Shown piece by piece: positions 34,577 to 44,107 of a stretch of DNA of 64,000 nucleotides. The notes beneath the pieces are model-generated. The model worked only from the letters and a program-made list of their open reading frames with translations. It had not been told where the DNA came from and did not search any database. The stretch is from NCBI GenBank assembly GCA_963764725.1, contig CAVXTM010000009.1:1-64000 (forward strand), in the 5' to 3' direction. Source of the stretch: an uncultured Gammaproteobacteria bacterium. GTDB lineage: Bacteria; Pseudomonadota; Gammaproteobacteria; JACCXJ01. The first letter of the stretch is position 1, and every line of letters begins with the position of its first letter. The translations under genes and the position numbers were made by a program.

Positions 34577-37500
34577 CTACCTTGCGACAACAAAGTGCGA
34601 ACGCGCGACATCAAAGCTATCACCTACCTGTACCCGATGCTCAACGGTGTATTGGCCAGATTTGGTCCAGGAGGGTAAGGGTAGCTCGGTTGCCGCGGTA
34701 TTGCGGCCGGGCTTCGCGAACCCGTAGTCCATGCCCGTTTGCCCGATTCTCCTACCGTTTTTCAACAGCGCCCATGTGGCTTGAACATAAGCGTGCTTGT
34801 CCCTGGCGGGAAGGGTTAGAGAATATTCCGTAGAAAACTGCACTGTCTCGCCGGGTTGCACGCGAAAACGCGATGAAGCAGCTTCTTGAATCGTTAATCG
34901 GGCCGCATCAGTGGGCTTCTCGCTTTGGGTATTTTGGCGGCGTGTGGGGACACCGAGCGATGACTGGCCCGCATTACTCCCGGCATTGGGTTGAGCCTGA
35001 TGACTTGCTATTTCATCGCGTACTAATGCCACATCGCTTGAATCGGGGCGGATCGTTGCTGCCTGGCCTACATAGATGCGTGCCGTCTGCAGATCGTGTT
35101 CGTTTATGGCTTTGCGCGCGAGCTCGAGGAGTTTCTTGACGGTTCGTTCCTCTTCGTTGGTGCGGTCTGCCGCGCGCGACTTGAGAGCTTCCTGGGCTTT
35201 TAACTTGCGCGTGTCCAGCTCGTCGCGAAGCTTGGTCACTTGGTCTGATTCAGGAAGGATGACCAAAGCCTGCGCTAAATGGGCTTCGGCCATTCTCATA
35301 TCATTGGCGTCGAGCGCCTTGCGGCCAAGAGCAACTAACTTGTTCACGACCTCTTCGGCCTGCAGGCGCTTCGTCTCTGCCGTAACGTGTTGCATTAAGG
35401 TCACGCTCTTCCGGACATTGAGCGTGTCCCGAAGTTTAGCCACGCGTTGCGAAGCCGGCGCAATCGTGGCGGCCTCATCGAGCTTGCTCTGAGCGGCGTC
35501 CCACTGCTCGCCGTCGAGGGCGTCCCGGGCGGCGCTGAGCAACCGCTCCAACAAATCTTGAATGGCTTCTGTCGCCTCCGCAAGATCGGGCTTGAGCGCG
35601 AGGACCGCCTGATATTTTTCAATCGCATTGCGGCCCTTTGGATGAGTGATTCGACCGGCCTCGACATCGGCCTTCGCTGCCTCGAGGAGATTACCGATGC
35701 GCTGATCTAAGATCGGTGGGAAAAGGGTGGGCTTTCCGGCTCGATCCTCACGACCTTGTGCCACACCGTCCGGCGCGAGCTGCTCCGGTATGGATACTTG
35801 GGCCGCCGGCTTGGGTATGGTTTCGGTTGCCTCCTCGCGCACGCGGTTTTGGGAAAGCCATTCCTCTGCTGCATCGTAAAGGAAAGCAAACGAACCCGGG
35901 CCCATCCACGCCAAGGAGAGCCCCAGACCCACTATCCCTGCAATCGCGGCAGAGTATCCGAGCCACTTGTCGCGGTGCCGTCGTCGCACGTTCCGTTCGG
36001 GGGGGCTGCCGCCCGCCGTTTCATTGGAGGGATCGACTGCGCTCCCTACTCGGTCGTTCGATATCGGAGTGTTCACCGGAACACCCGCTGGTTGTAATGA
36101 CCGATCTGGGATGCTGTCAATTTTCCCATGCGGCCTCCCTGCAACGGCGAGCCGTTCCTGGTTGCCCGTCCGGCCGCGGCCAAGCGCAACTACCTTGTTC
36201 GCGGTCTCTTCGGCCTGTCGGTGCCGCGTCTCCTCCACGAGGCGTTGCTGTACGACCGCGGTCTCGCGTGCCTTGAGTTCCTCGCGAAGGTGGGCTACGG
36301 CTTCCGATGTCGGTGCGATTCCCGCGGCCTCATCGAGCCTGGTCTGAGCCGTCTGCAGATCGTGTTCGCTTATGGCGGTGCGCGCGAGGTCGAGAAGCTT
36401 CTTGACGGTCCGCTCCTCTTCGGCCACGCGCCGCTTGTGATCTTCCTGGGCTCGTAGCTTGTATGTCTCGAGATCTTCACGCAGCTTGACCACTTGCTCT
36501 GATTCAGGCCGGATCACGAAGGCCTGGTCAAAATGGGCTTCGGCCATTCTAATATCGTTGGCCTGGAGCGCCTTGCGGCCAAGCGCAACGAACGTGTTCG
36601 CGGTCTCTTCGGCCTGTCGGTGCCGCGTCTCCTCCACGAGGCGTTGCTGTACGACCGCGGTCTCGCGTGCCTTGAGTTCCTCGCGAAGGTGGGCTACGGC
36701 TTCCGATGTCGGTGCGATTCCCGCGGCCTCGTCGAGCCTGGTCTGAGCCGTCTGCAGATCGTGTTCGCTTATGGCGGTGCGCGCGAGGTCGAGAAGCTTC
36801 TTGACGGTCCGCTCCTCTTCGGCCACGCGCCGCTTGTGATCTTCCTGGGCTCGTAGCTTGTATGTCTCGAGATCTTCACGCAGCTTGACCACTTGCTCTG
36901 ATTCAGGCCGGATCACGAAGGCCTGGTCAAAATGGGCTTCGGCCATTCTAATATCGTTGGCCTGGAGCGCCTTGCGGCCAAGCGCAACGAACGTGTTCGC
37001 GGTCTCTTCGGCCTGTCGGTGCCGCGTCTCCTTCACGAGGCGTTGCTGTACGACCGCGGTCTCGCGTGCCTTGAGTTCCTCGCGAAGGTGGGCTACGGCT
37101 TCCGATGTCGGTGCGATTCCCGCGGCCTCGTCGAGCCTGGTCTGAGCCGTCTGCAGATCGTGTTCGCTTATGGCGGTGCGCGCGAGGTCGAGAAGCTTCC
37201 TGACGGTCCGCTCCTCTTCGGCCACGCGCCGCTTGTGATCTTCCTGGGCTCGTAGTGTCTCGACATCATCACGCAGCTTGGCCACGTGCTCTGATTTAGG
37301 CCGGATCACAAAGTCGATGTCGAGCGAGTCGTTCCCGGATAGCTCCTTGCGCCACGCCGCAACGGTCAGCGGCCGCTGCGTGGGTAAAAAACGTAAGGCA
37401 TGATCAATGGCTTTAAGAAAGGCATCGCTATAGTTTTCCTGCCCAACCGGCAGTACGGACATCAGCGGATCGGTTTCGCCTTGGACGACCATGCGACTGC

Positions 37501-38248
37501 GCTCGATTGCAGCTACCGGTGCAACGCCAACCACTGCCTGGTAGAGCGTTGCGCCAAGGCTGAAAATGTCGGTCCACGGGCCATGCAGCTCGCCATCGCC
37601 AAAGCAAAGCTCGATGGGCGCGAAGTCCGATGGGAAATGCTTGGTCAATGTGCTAGCGGGGTTGAAGAGAGCGCCGCCGCCCGGGTTGAAGCCCGTTAAC
37701 ACGGGGCTCCCATCTGGACGAATAATAATGTTTGACGGCTGAATGTAGCGGTGAATATAGCCGCTTGCGTGGATCGCTTCGAGCCCGTCCAGGATCGGTA
37801 ATACCAAGGCGAGAAGCTCCTTTTCCGCCACAGTTGAGCCATCAAAGAGGTGTTCTGCTTTCTTGCCTTGCTCGTGCGCGACGACGATATAAGCGCTGTT
37901 GTTCGCTTCGAAGGCATTCAACGCTAGGGCGATATTTTGATGCCTGATCCCGGCAAGCTTTTGCGCGTCAGTCAGGAAGCACGCAAGCCCAGCCTTATAC
38001 TCCGCGCCATGCTCCGCAGCGGCAGGATGAATCACGCCGCGCGTATCGCGTACGGCGATCTCGCACGGCATGTATTCGGTAATAATGACCGTGCGGCCCA
38101 GGTTCAGGTCACTGGCTAAATAGGTTAACCAATAGTCCCCCTGGCCGAGGACGCTGTCGACGCGATACCAATGAAGCTTCGTCCCGGGTAAGAGCGGATC
38201 GGCGTCTGATTCAATCCTTAGATCCGCGATGGTCAGATCATTGTCCAC
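34577..38248 (-). CDS. Membrane-anchored Ser/Thr pseudokinase with helical (TPR-like) repeats and a C-terminal beta domain
   Basis: Kinase fold recognisable (LGQG, FAPIE, GPWTDIFSLGATLY, RP) but with VIITEY, HRYIQPSN and LTGF in place of the catalytic motifs; one TM (AAIAGIVGLGLSLAW). Confidence 0.85.
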   Translation of the reverse strand: MDNDLTIADLRIESDADPLLPGTKLHWYRVDSVLGQGDYWLTYLASDLNLGRTVIITEYMPCEIAVRDTRGVIHPAAAEHGAEYKAGLACFLTDAQKLAGIRHQNIALALNAFEANNSAYIVVAHEQGKKAEHLFDGSTVAEKELLALVLPILDGLEAIHASGYIHRYIQPSNIIIRPDGSPVLTGFNPGGGALFNPASTLTKHFPSDFAPIELCFGDGELHGPWTDIFSLGATLYQAVVGVAPVAAIERSRMVVQGETDPLMSVLPVGQENYSDAFLKAIDHALRFLPTQRPLTVAAWRKELSGNDSLDIDFVIRPKSEHVAKLRDDVETLRAQEDHKRRVAEEERTVRKLLDLARTAISEHDLQTAQTRLDEAAGIAPTSEAVAHLREELKARETAVVQQRLVKETRHRQAEETANTFVALGRKALQANDIRMAEAHFDQAFVIRPESEQVVKLREDLETYKLRAQEDHKRRVAEEERTVKKLLDLARTAISEHDLQTAQTRLDEAAGIAPTSEAVAHLREELKARETAVVQQRLVEETRHRQAEETANTFVALGRKALQANDIRMAEAHFDQAFVIRPESEQVVKLREDLETYKLRAQEDHKRRVAEEERTVKKLLDLARTAISEHDLQTAQTRLDEAAGIAPTSEAVAHLREELKARETAVVQQRLVEETRHRQAEETANKVVALGRGRTGNQERLAVAGRPHGKIDSIPDRSLQPAGVPVNTPISNDRVGSAVDPSNETAGGSPPERNVRRRHRDKWLGYSAAIAGIVGLGLSLAWMGPGSFAFLYDAAEEWLSQNRVREEATETIPKPAAQVSIPEQLAPDGVAQGREDRAGKPTLFPPILDQRIGNLLEAAKADVEAGRITHPKGRNAIEKYQAVLALKPDLAEATEAIQDLLERLLSAARDALDGEQWDAAQSKLDEAATIAPASQRVAKLRDTLNVRKSVTLMQHVTAETKRLQAEEVVNKLVALGRKALDANDMRMAEAHLAQALVILPESDQVTKLRDELDTRKLKAQEALKSRAADRTNEEERTVKKLLELARKAINEHDLQTARIYVGQAATIRPDSSDVALVRDEIASHQAQPNAGSNAGQSSLGVPTRRQNTQSEKPTDAARLTIQEAASSRFRVQPGETVQFSTEYSLTLPARDKHAYVQATWALLKNGRRIGQTGMDYGFAKPGRNTAATELPLPSWTKSGQYTVEHRVQVGDSFDVARSHFVVAR
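36177..37310. repeat. 399-bp near-perfect tandem repeat (~2.8 copies; 133 aa)
   Basis: Units start at ~36177, 36576 and 36975; the antisense ORFs recur at a 399-bp offset; a diverged unit lies at ~35010-35500. Confidence 0.93.
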
Positions 38249-38773
38249 GGCGATTAAACAATCCCTCGATCAATAGGTTGTTACTGACTTGCCTGTTAGA
38301 ATGTCCTCTTCCAAGCGGTGCTGACCCGAGTGCAGCAGATTCCCTTGCGCTGTTAGCCCGAGCGATTGGCCTGTTCCGTCTCCTGGTGCCAGGGGCCCGA
38401 AAAAAGGGGGTCAGGGGATCGCTTGGCTTGAGATCACAGAATGCCTCAAAGCACCTGCACTTATCGACAGAAACCTCCATTAATTACTCAATTTGTCTTA
38501 TTGGCGTCTCTCGACTGCAAGTGGCTAATTCAAGCGGCTTTCTTTTCTGATGTCCTCATCAATGCCTTTAGCCCATGTATCGACACGTTGGTGAGAATGC
38601 GGGCTACATCTCCCGTCCCTTCGTCCCGAACCTAGTGTATTAAAAAAGTGCGGAATAAAACAGCCAAGATCTCGCCAAAACTCGGCTTTTCTCGCCAAAA
38701 CTTGCCGTTATTTTCCGCAGTGCCTTTCCGATGTATTTCCTAAGTTCAGTAGGTTACGGGATTTCGTGTCGCA

Positions 38774-38820
38774 GACTCTTAATCAGTAGGTCGTAGGTTC
38801 GAGCCCTACACGGCCCACCA
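38774..38820 (+). repeat. att site: 3' half of tRNA-Lys(CTT), copy 2
   Basis: Identical 47-bp repeat of 26530-26576; preceded by a TCTCGCCAAAACT direct repeat (~38670-38702). Confidence 0.9.
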
Positions 38821-39295
38821 AAGGATGGAACGCACACCGCTTGTTCGTCACCTGTGCGCTTACGACCTCTACCTGTTGCGCCGGCGGCTGTGGCGACACT
38901 GGCAGGGCCGTAGTGTGTTCTGCAGTGGCAAACGGGGCGAACATGGCCTTCTGAACGATGAAAAACAGATCTCTCGGCTGCGTTTCCGTCTGAAATCGAT
39001 TCGTATGCACGCCGTACTTGTTCAGAGTTTCCCTAATTTTAGGGAGAACTTCACACTTCCGGTGACAGCGCTTTTATGTGCACCACCGTCGCCTCCCACG
39101 GCGTACCATGAACTCGGTCGAGGAGACGTTTGTCCGCCGTAGCGAGCTTCAGGCCACGTTCTATCGCCAACGCGATGTAGAAGCCGTCGTCGTCTGAACG
39201 GACTCCTGTTCGGGCACACCGGTTGATGGATACGAGACTTCGATCGGTTAAGCTTGTAGAGTCACCGTCTGATCCCGGCCATTTCGCGCGACGAT

Positions 39296-40813
39296 ATGCC
39301 GATTAACCCGAAGTTCAGAGGTTCGGTCTTCATAAGCTACCGGCGTACCGATTCGCCTGGATACGTCAGAGCCCTCATGAGCGATATGCGTAATACCTTC
39401 GGGAGTAAGCAAGTCTTCCTGGACATGGAAGACATCGGGGTTGGAAGCGATTTCCAGCGCATCATCGAAGAGGCGGTCGGCAATTGTGAACTGTTGCTCG
39501 CGATCATTGGCCCGACTTGGGCCGAGGTGCGCGATGAGGTCGGGCAACGCAGATTAGATGATCATACCGATTTCGTGCGTCTCGAGATCGCCGCCGCCCT
39601 CGCACGGAAAATTCCGATAATTCCGGTGCTGGTGGACAACGCCAAGATGCCGGAGGCGGACCAGCTCCCGGACCAACTCAAGCTGCTCGCATCTCTGCAA
39701 GGGGTTTCGCTTGCGCATGATCGCTGGGACGCCGACATTCTCCGGCTATTCGCAGCCATAGAAAGCGTTACCGTGGAGCCGCGAATCTCGCGCCAATACG
39801 CCGTGGCGTTGGCTAAGTTGAGTCGTGGGAGTTGGCAAGCGGCGCTGAGCGACTTGGAAGCTATTACGTCGATTCAACCCCACTATCTTGACGTTCTAGA
39901 GAAAATCGAACCGCTGCGCGCGCTGGCCCGCAACCTGTCGCGGCTCGGCCCGACGGCTACTGCAGGACATCGGTTAGCAGCGAAGTATCCGTTAGCGCTT
40001 ATGCTGATTGTCAGCCTGCTCCCGAATGCCGCCGCCGCATTGTTCAACTATCTCTTTAATTGGGAGGTCATCGTGCATCCCATGTCCAGGCGCGGGATCG
40101 AGCAGGCGGAACACTATTTTCGGATTTGGGCGCTACTCGTCAACAGTATCGGGTTCTCGTTGGGCATCGCCTTGTTCGTCTATTTCGCCAGGCCCGTGAC
40201 CCGTAGCCTCGCGGACACTCTGAGGGGAGTGGCCATACGGCACGAATCCTTGGCGTCCTTGCGGCGACGCTGTTTGATGCTAGGGCACTACGTCGCGCTT
40301 ATCAGCGCTTGCCTTTGGATTGTGGCTGGTCCCATTTATCCCTTGACGATCGGCGCGCTGGAAATTCGCGACTATGTCTACTTCGTCGTTTCGCTGACGA
40401 TATGCGGCGTCATCGCCGCCACTTACCCTTTCTTGGTCGTGACGTGGCTATGCACCCATGTGTTCTATCTGGCATTCATCACGCCCGGCTCTGTCGCCGC
40501 CGACGATACGGCAACGTTAACGCGCGTTGATGCCTGGAAGTGGCGCTATTTGGCGATGGCCGGGGCCTTGCCGATGCTGGTCTTAACCTTGGGACTCGTC
40601 CTCGGCCCACAGGTCGGGTCACGCTGGGCTTCAATGCTCTTGGGAATATTGGGGTTTGGTGGCCTTGTCGGTTTTATTTTAGCCCTGTGGCTGTTCCGGG
40701 CGATTCAAGCGGATATCGCCTTGTTGAAGGAAGCGATTTGGGCTTATGGCGTCAAGCGGGACGATCAACAAGCGCATGGCGGCAAGCCCGCGACAGAAGT
40801 ATCGCGCGGTTGA
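39296..40813 (+). CDS. TIR-domain protein with short helical linker and ~6 C-terminal TM segments
   Basis: FISYRRTD, VFLDMEDI..G.DF, LLAIIGPTW, DFVRLEIAAAL, IIPVLV; hydrophobic C-terminal half. Confidence 0.88.
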   Translation: MPINPKFRGSVFISYRRTDSPGYVRALMSDMRNTFGSKQVFLDMEDIGVGSDFQRIIEEAVGNCELLLAIIGPTWAEVRDEVGQRRLDDHTDFVRLEIAAALARKIPIIPVLVDNAKMPEADQLPDQLKLLASLQGVSLAHDRWDADILRLFAAIESVTVEPRISRQYAVALAKLSRGSWQAALSDLEAITSIQPHYLDVLEKIEPLRALARNLSRLGPTATAGHRLAAKYPLALMLIVSLLPNAAAALFNYLFNWEVIVHPMSRRGIEQAEHYFRIWALLVNSIGFSLGIALFVYFARPVTRSLADTLRGVAIRHESLASLRRRCLMLGHYVALISACLWIVAGPIYPLTIGALEIRDYVYFVVSLTICGVIAATYPFLVVTWLCTHVFYLAFITPGSVAADDTATLTRVDAWKWRYLAMAGALPMLVLTLGLVLGPQVGSRWASMLLGILGFGGLVGFILALWLFRAIQADIALLKEAIWAYGVKRDDQQAHGGKPATEVSRG

Positions 40814-41089
40814 TGGAACTCTGTGGAACGGCACTCGACGGCTGGAAGCCGATTTAGGCCGTGCGATGCATGCGCGCCGGCACCCGATAGTGGAGTGGGC
40901 GATGAATAGCGCTACCGCCGCTTGAACTAGCCGCGGCCCGTATTTTTCGTTGAGTTCGCCGAGGTAGGCGAGGATACGCGTGATCGATCCGCTGTCGGTG
41001 ACGAAGTTCTTGCATGCTGCTACCTAACAAGCCAAACACGGATTGACAAAACTGCAATTAGTCCAGAGTTCTCTCTAAGATTAGCACGC

Positions 41090-41170
41090 CGATCGTGTCG
41101 GGCGAGGACAACGACCGCTATCTCGTGAGTTCGCTCATCGAGGAGGCCATTACCTCCAGCCAACTATTCT
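41090..41170 (+). pseudogene. Tiny Fic-family N-terminal remnant
   Basis: Translation DRYLVSSLIEEAITSSQL. Confidence 0.45.
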
Positions 41171-41578
41171 TGCCAGTCTGTGTTTGACTGGGAAACATGC
41201 TGGCCTCCGCTCCGTCTATGGCGACAGCGCGCTAGGCATTCGACGGTTTCGGCCGCTAGCAATGCACTATCCTCTTTTAGGTGCTTAACTTGCCATGACC
41301 GCCCAAGCTCGCTCACGGGATGTCGACACAAATGACCTAGTAAGGCTCGCTAAGCTGCAAGACGGCACTGCTCCTCTTCGGTCTCTCAGGCGAAAATCTG
41401 CGCAGGCTGCGTCAAGCGCAGTCGATAAAATCGACCTCGCCGAAATGCGTTTAAAGGGCATGGCCGTTATCTTCTACGGCAAGACCGAAGCGGCGATGGT
41501 CGCGGCCTTGCGCGAGGCCGGCAGGCTGAGCGAGGACCTGATCACCCATCCGATGCACGACAATCAGGAAGTGAACTA

Positions 41579-41806
41579 GTGCTGGTTCGACTAACCCCGA
41601 TCGAGATCGGTCGCGCGATGCGGTGGCCCGGCGCCGCCGGGATCGTCGCCGGGTTTTTGTGCGCGGCGTTCTGTCGGCTCGCCGAAGTCGGTCCCTTAGC
41701 CGAGTTTGTATTGACGGTCTGTACCAGCTATGCCGTTGCGACTTTGTTAATGCATCGGGCGAAACGCCGCGCGGCGTGGCGCAAGGGGAATTCGCTGGAG
41801 GCATGA
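41579..41806 (+). CDS. Small hypothetical membrane protein
   Basis: Two hydrophobic segments; overlaps the stop of an upstream small ORF. Confidence 0.35.
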   Translation: MLVRLTPIEIGRAMRWPGAAGIVAGFLCAAFCRLAEVGPLAEFVLTVCTSYAVATLLMHRAKRRAAWRKGNSLEA

Positions 41807-41927
41807 GGCCGGCTCTTCTTCGCCGCGCTCCCAAGGAGGCGGCGACCCACAATATCCGCGGTGCGGAGCGCGCCCATCGATCCCTGCACGAGCGTGGGCC
41901 ATATCCGCGTGGGGCGCGGACATGGAG

Positions 41928-43490
41928 TTAGCGCGAAAAATACCGCGTTAAGTACTCGTCGAATGAAATGTGATCGGCCGTTTCAATCTCCTGCTGTTTC
42001 AATATAGATTCCCGTGCCGCTTCGATAAGCGCGTTCGAGCGGTCCTCGGGTAGGCTTAATTGTTTGAAGTATTGGACATGTTGATTTGACAGGCGCAGGG
42101 AGAATTCCAGGAAAGACTCGTGCTTGTTCCTCATCTCGGTGAGCATGCGCGCGGAGGGAAGCAGGCCGGGCGACCCCGCGGCGTGACCTTGCGCATTGAG
42201 CGCCGCGGTATAAGGACGTTCGGGGACGCCGTCATCAAGGAATGCGCACACCGCTGCGGTCCTAGCGAGGATATCGGCCGCCCAATCTGTGAGTATGCGA
42301 GCCTGGTCATGATCACGGAGTATCAAGTTGGGTTCTCGTCCGCGGGCGGCAACCAGCAGCTCGTTGCGTTCGAATTCGCGGCGGTCGTTCTCGGTAAGGG
42401 GCGGGCTTTCGGAGAACAAGCACATGAGCAAGAAGCCCTCGAGGAATCGGAGTTGCAGCAGGTTCACCCCAGTCGGATCGTACGTTTGGACATCGAGCGC
42501 GCGAACTTCTACGTACTTGACACCGCGCCTCGTCAGCGCGACGGTTGGGCGTTCACCGGACGCCGCAATCTGTTTGGGCCGCACAAAGCTGTAATATTCG
42601 TTCTCTATTTGGAGAATGTGGGTGTTGAGTTGCCGGTACTCGCCATCGACTTTGGTGCCGATGCGCTCGTAGTCCGGATAAGGCGTGTCGATCGCATGAG
42701 CGAGTCCGGCGACGTATTCCGCCAGGCTGTTATAGGAGATACTCAGGCCGGACTGGGTGCTATTCTTATAGCCAATATCGCTCATGCGCAAGGAGGTGGC
42801 ATCCGGCCGGAACAAGGTAGCGTCGAATTGCTCGAACTCCCGGCTAGGTCCTGTCAAGAACGATTTGGAGAAGGCCGGTGAAGCGCCGAACAAATAAGGA
42901 ATGATCCAGCCCCAGCGCCGCAGGTTTCGAACCAAGGCGAAATAGCAACTAGAAATGAAGTCCTGAAGGGGTTGCGGATCTCCTTCGAGATCCTTATGGA
43001 TGGGCCAGAACTCCTCGGGTAGCGAATAGTTAAAATGCACTCCGGCGATCGCCTGCATCGCGCGCCCATAGCGATACGCGAGGCCACGGCGATAGACGTG
43101 TTTCATGCGGCCGACATTGGAACTTCCGTACTGTGCGATAGGAATGCTGTCGTCGCCTTGCAGCTCACAGGGCATGCTCGATGCCCACGGTAGCTCGTCG
43201 CCGAGGTGCCGCACCGCGAACTGGTGCAGCTCGGTAAGAAAATCCAAGGTCTCCTGCGCGTCCTTGCAAGGGGGGGTGCGGAACTCGAGCAGGGCTTCCG
43301 AATAGTCGGTCGTGATATAGGGGTGTGTCAGCGCGGAGCCGAGCGCGGCCGGATGCGGCGTCTGCGCGATGTGCCCGCCGGGAGTCACGCGCAAACATTC
43401 CCTTTCAAGGCCCTTCCGTCCTAGGACTAGCAAGCGGCCGAGTGCGAGGTCCGCGAGGCGCCGCAGGCGGGTGTCAAAGATCGTGGACAC
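41928..43490 (-). CDS. gshA: Glutamate--cysteine ligase
   Basis: GLERECLR, ITTDYSEALLE, MQAIAGVHFNYS, ATSLRMSDIGY, LQIENEYY, YVEVRALD. Confidence 0.96.
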   Translation of the reverse strand: MSTIFDTRLRRLADLALGRLLVLGRKGLERECLRVTPGGHIAQTPHPAALGSALTHPYITTDYSEALLEFRTPPCKDAQETLDFLTELHQFAVRHLGDELPWASSMPCELQGDDSIPIAQYGSSNVGRMKHVYRRGLAYRYGRAMQAIAGVHFNYSLPEEFWPIHKDLEGDPQPLQDFISSCYFALVRNLRRWGWIIPYLFGASPAFSKSFLTGPSREFEQFDATLFRPDATSLRMSDIGYKNSTQSGLSISYNSLAEYVAGLAHAIDTPYPDYERIGTKVDGEYRQLNTHILQIENEYYSFVRPKQIAASGERPTVALTRRGVKYVEVRALDVQTYDPTGVNLLQLRFLEGFLLMCLFSESPPLTENDRREFERNELLVAARGREPNLILRDHDQARILTDWAADILARTAAVCAFLDDGVPERPYTAALNAQGHAAGSPGLLPSARMLTEMRNKHESFLEFSLRLSNQHVQYFKQLSLPEDRSNALIEAARESILKQQEIETADHISFDEYLTRYFSR

Positions 43491-43638
43491 TTAGGGAAGC
43501 TTCGCAAAAGTTACTGCGCAGCCCATCTCCTTTGTTGCGTGCTCGCTCGTCGCTCGCCTATCTACCTGATATGTTTCGCGACTCGCTCCGCGGCTTCGCG
43601 CATCTGGGCTTGCTCGCGACACTTTTGCAGAGCTCCCT

Positions 43639-44070
43639 TTAGGGTAGGGTGTACAAAATAACCGCATAGCGCGCGGCCTTGCCGATGGCGATCGCCGTCA
43701 ACGATCTCAAGAAGGGAAGCCGCAACCATCCCGCGGCCAGGCACAGCGCATCGCCGATGAGAGGCAGCCAGGACAGTAACAACACCAGTGTGCCCCAGCG
43801 GCGCACCATCAGGATAGCCCGCTCGCTCTTACCCTGCGTGAATCGTTCGATGGGGTAGCCGCGGGCGGCGAAATAACCAAGGAGCCAGGTCGTCAGTGCA
43901 CCGAGGGTGTTGCCGGCGGTTGCTACCGATAGCAATAGGCCGGGCGCCGTTTCCGAGCGCAGCGCGAGCCAGGCCAGGACCGCCTCCGAGCCGCCGGGCG
44001 CGATCGTTGCCGAAATGAAAGCGCTGACAAAGAGCGATATTAGCCCGAGATCGGCTGCGCTTTCGGTCAT
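43639..44070 (-). CDS. yqaA: YqaA/DedA-family membrane protein
   Basis: LFVSAFISATIAPGGSE, GNTLG, LLSWLPLIGDALC..AG, GKAARY. Confidence 0.88.
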   Translation of the reverse strand: MTESAADLGLISLFVSAFISATIAPGGSEAVLAWLALRSETAPGLLLSVATAGNTLGALTTWLLGYFAARGYPIERFTQGKSERAILMVRRWGTLVLLLSWLPLIGDALCLAAGWLRLPFLRSLTAIAIGKAARYAVILYTLP

Positions 44071-44107
44071 GGCCGCATTCCGTGGTCACGGTGGTGCTTT
44101 CGAATGC

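Noticed and set aside
36177-37310. CRISPR-like array
   Set aside because: The units are contiguous 399-bp coding repeats with no unique spacers; I recognised no cas genes.
38825-39142. 105-aa ORF right after the second att site
   Set aside because: No motif or clear coding signal; cannot be supported.
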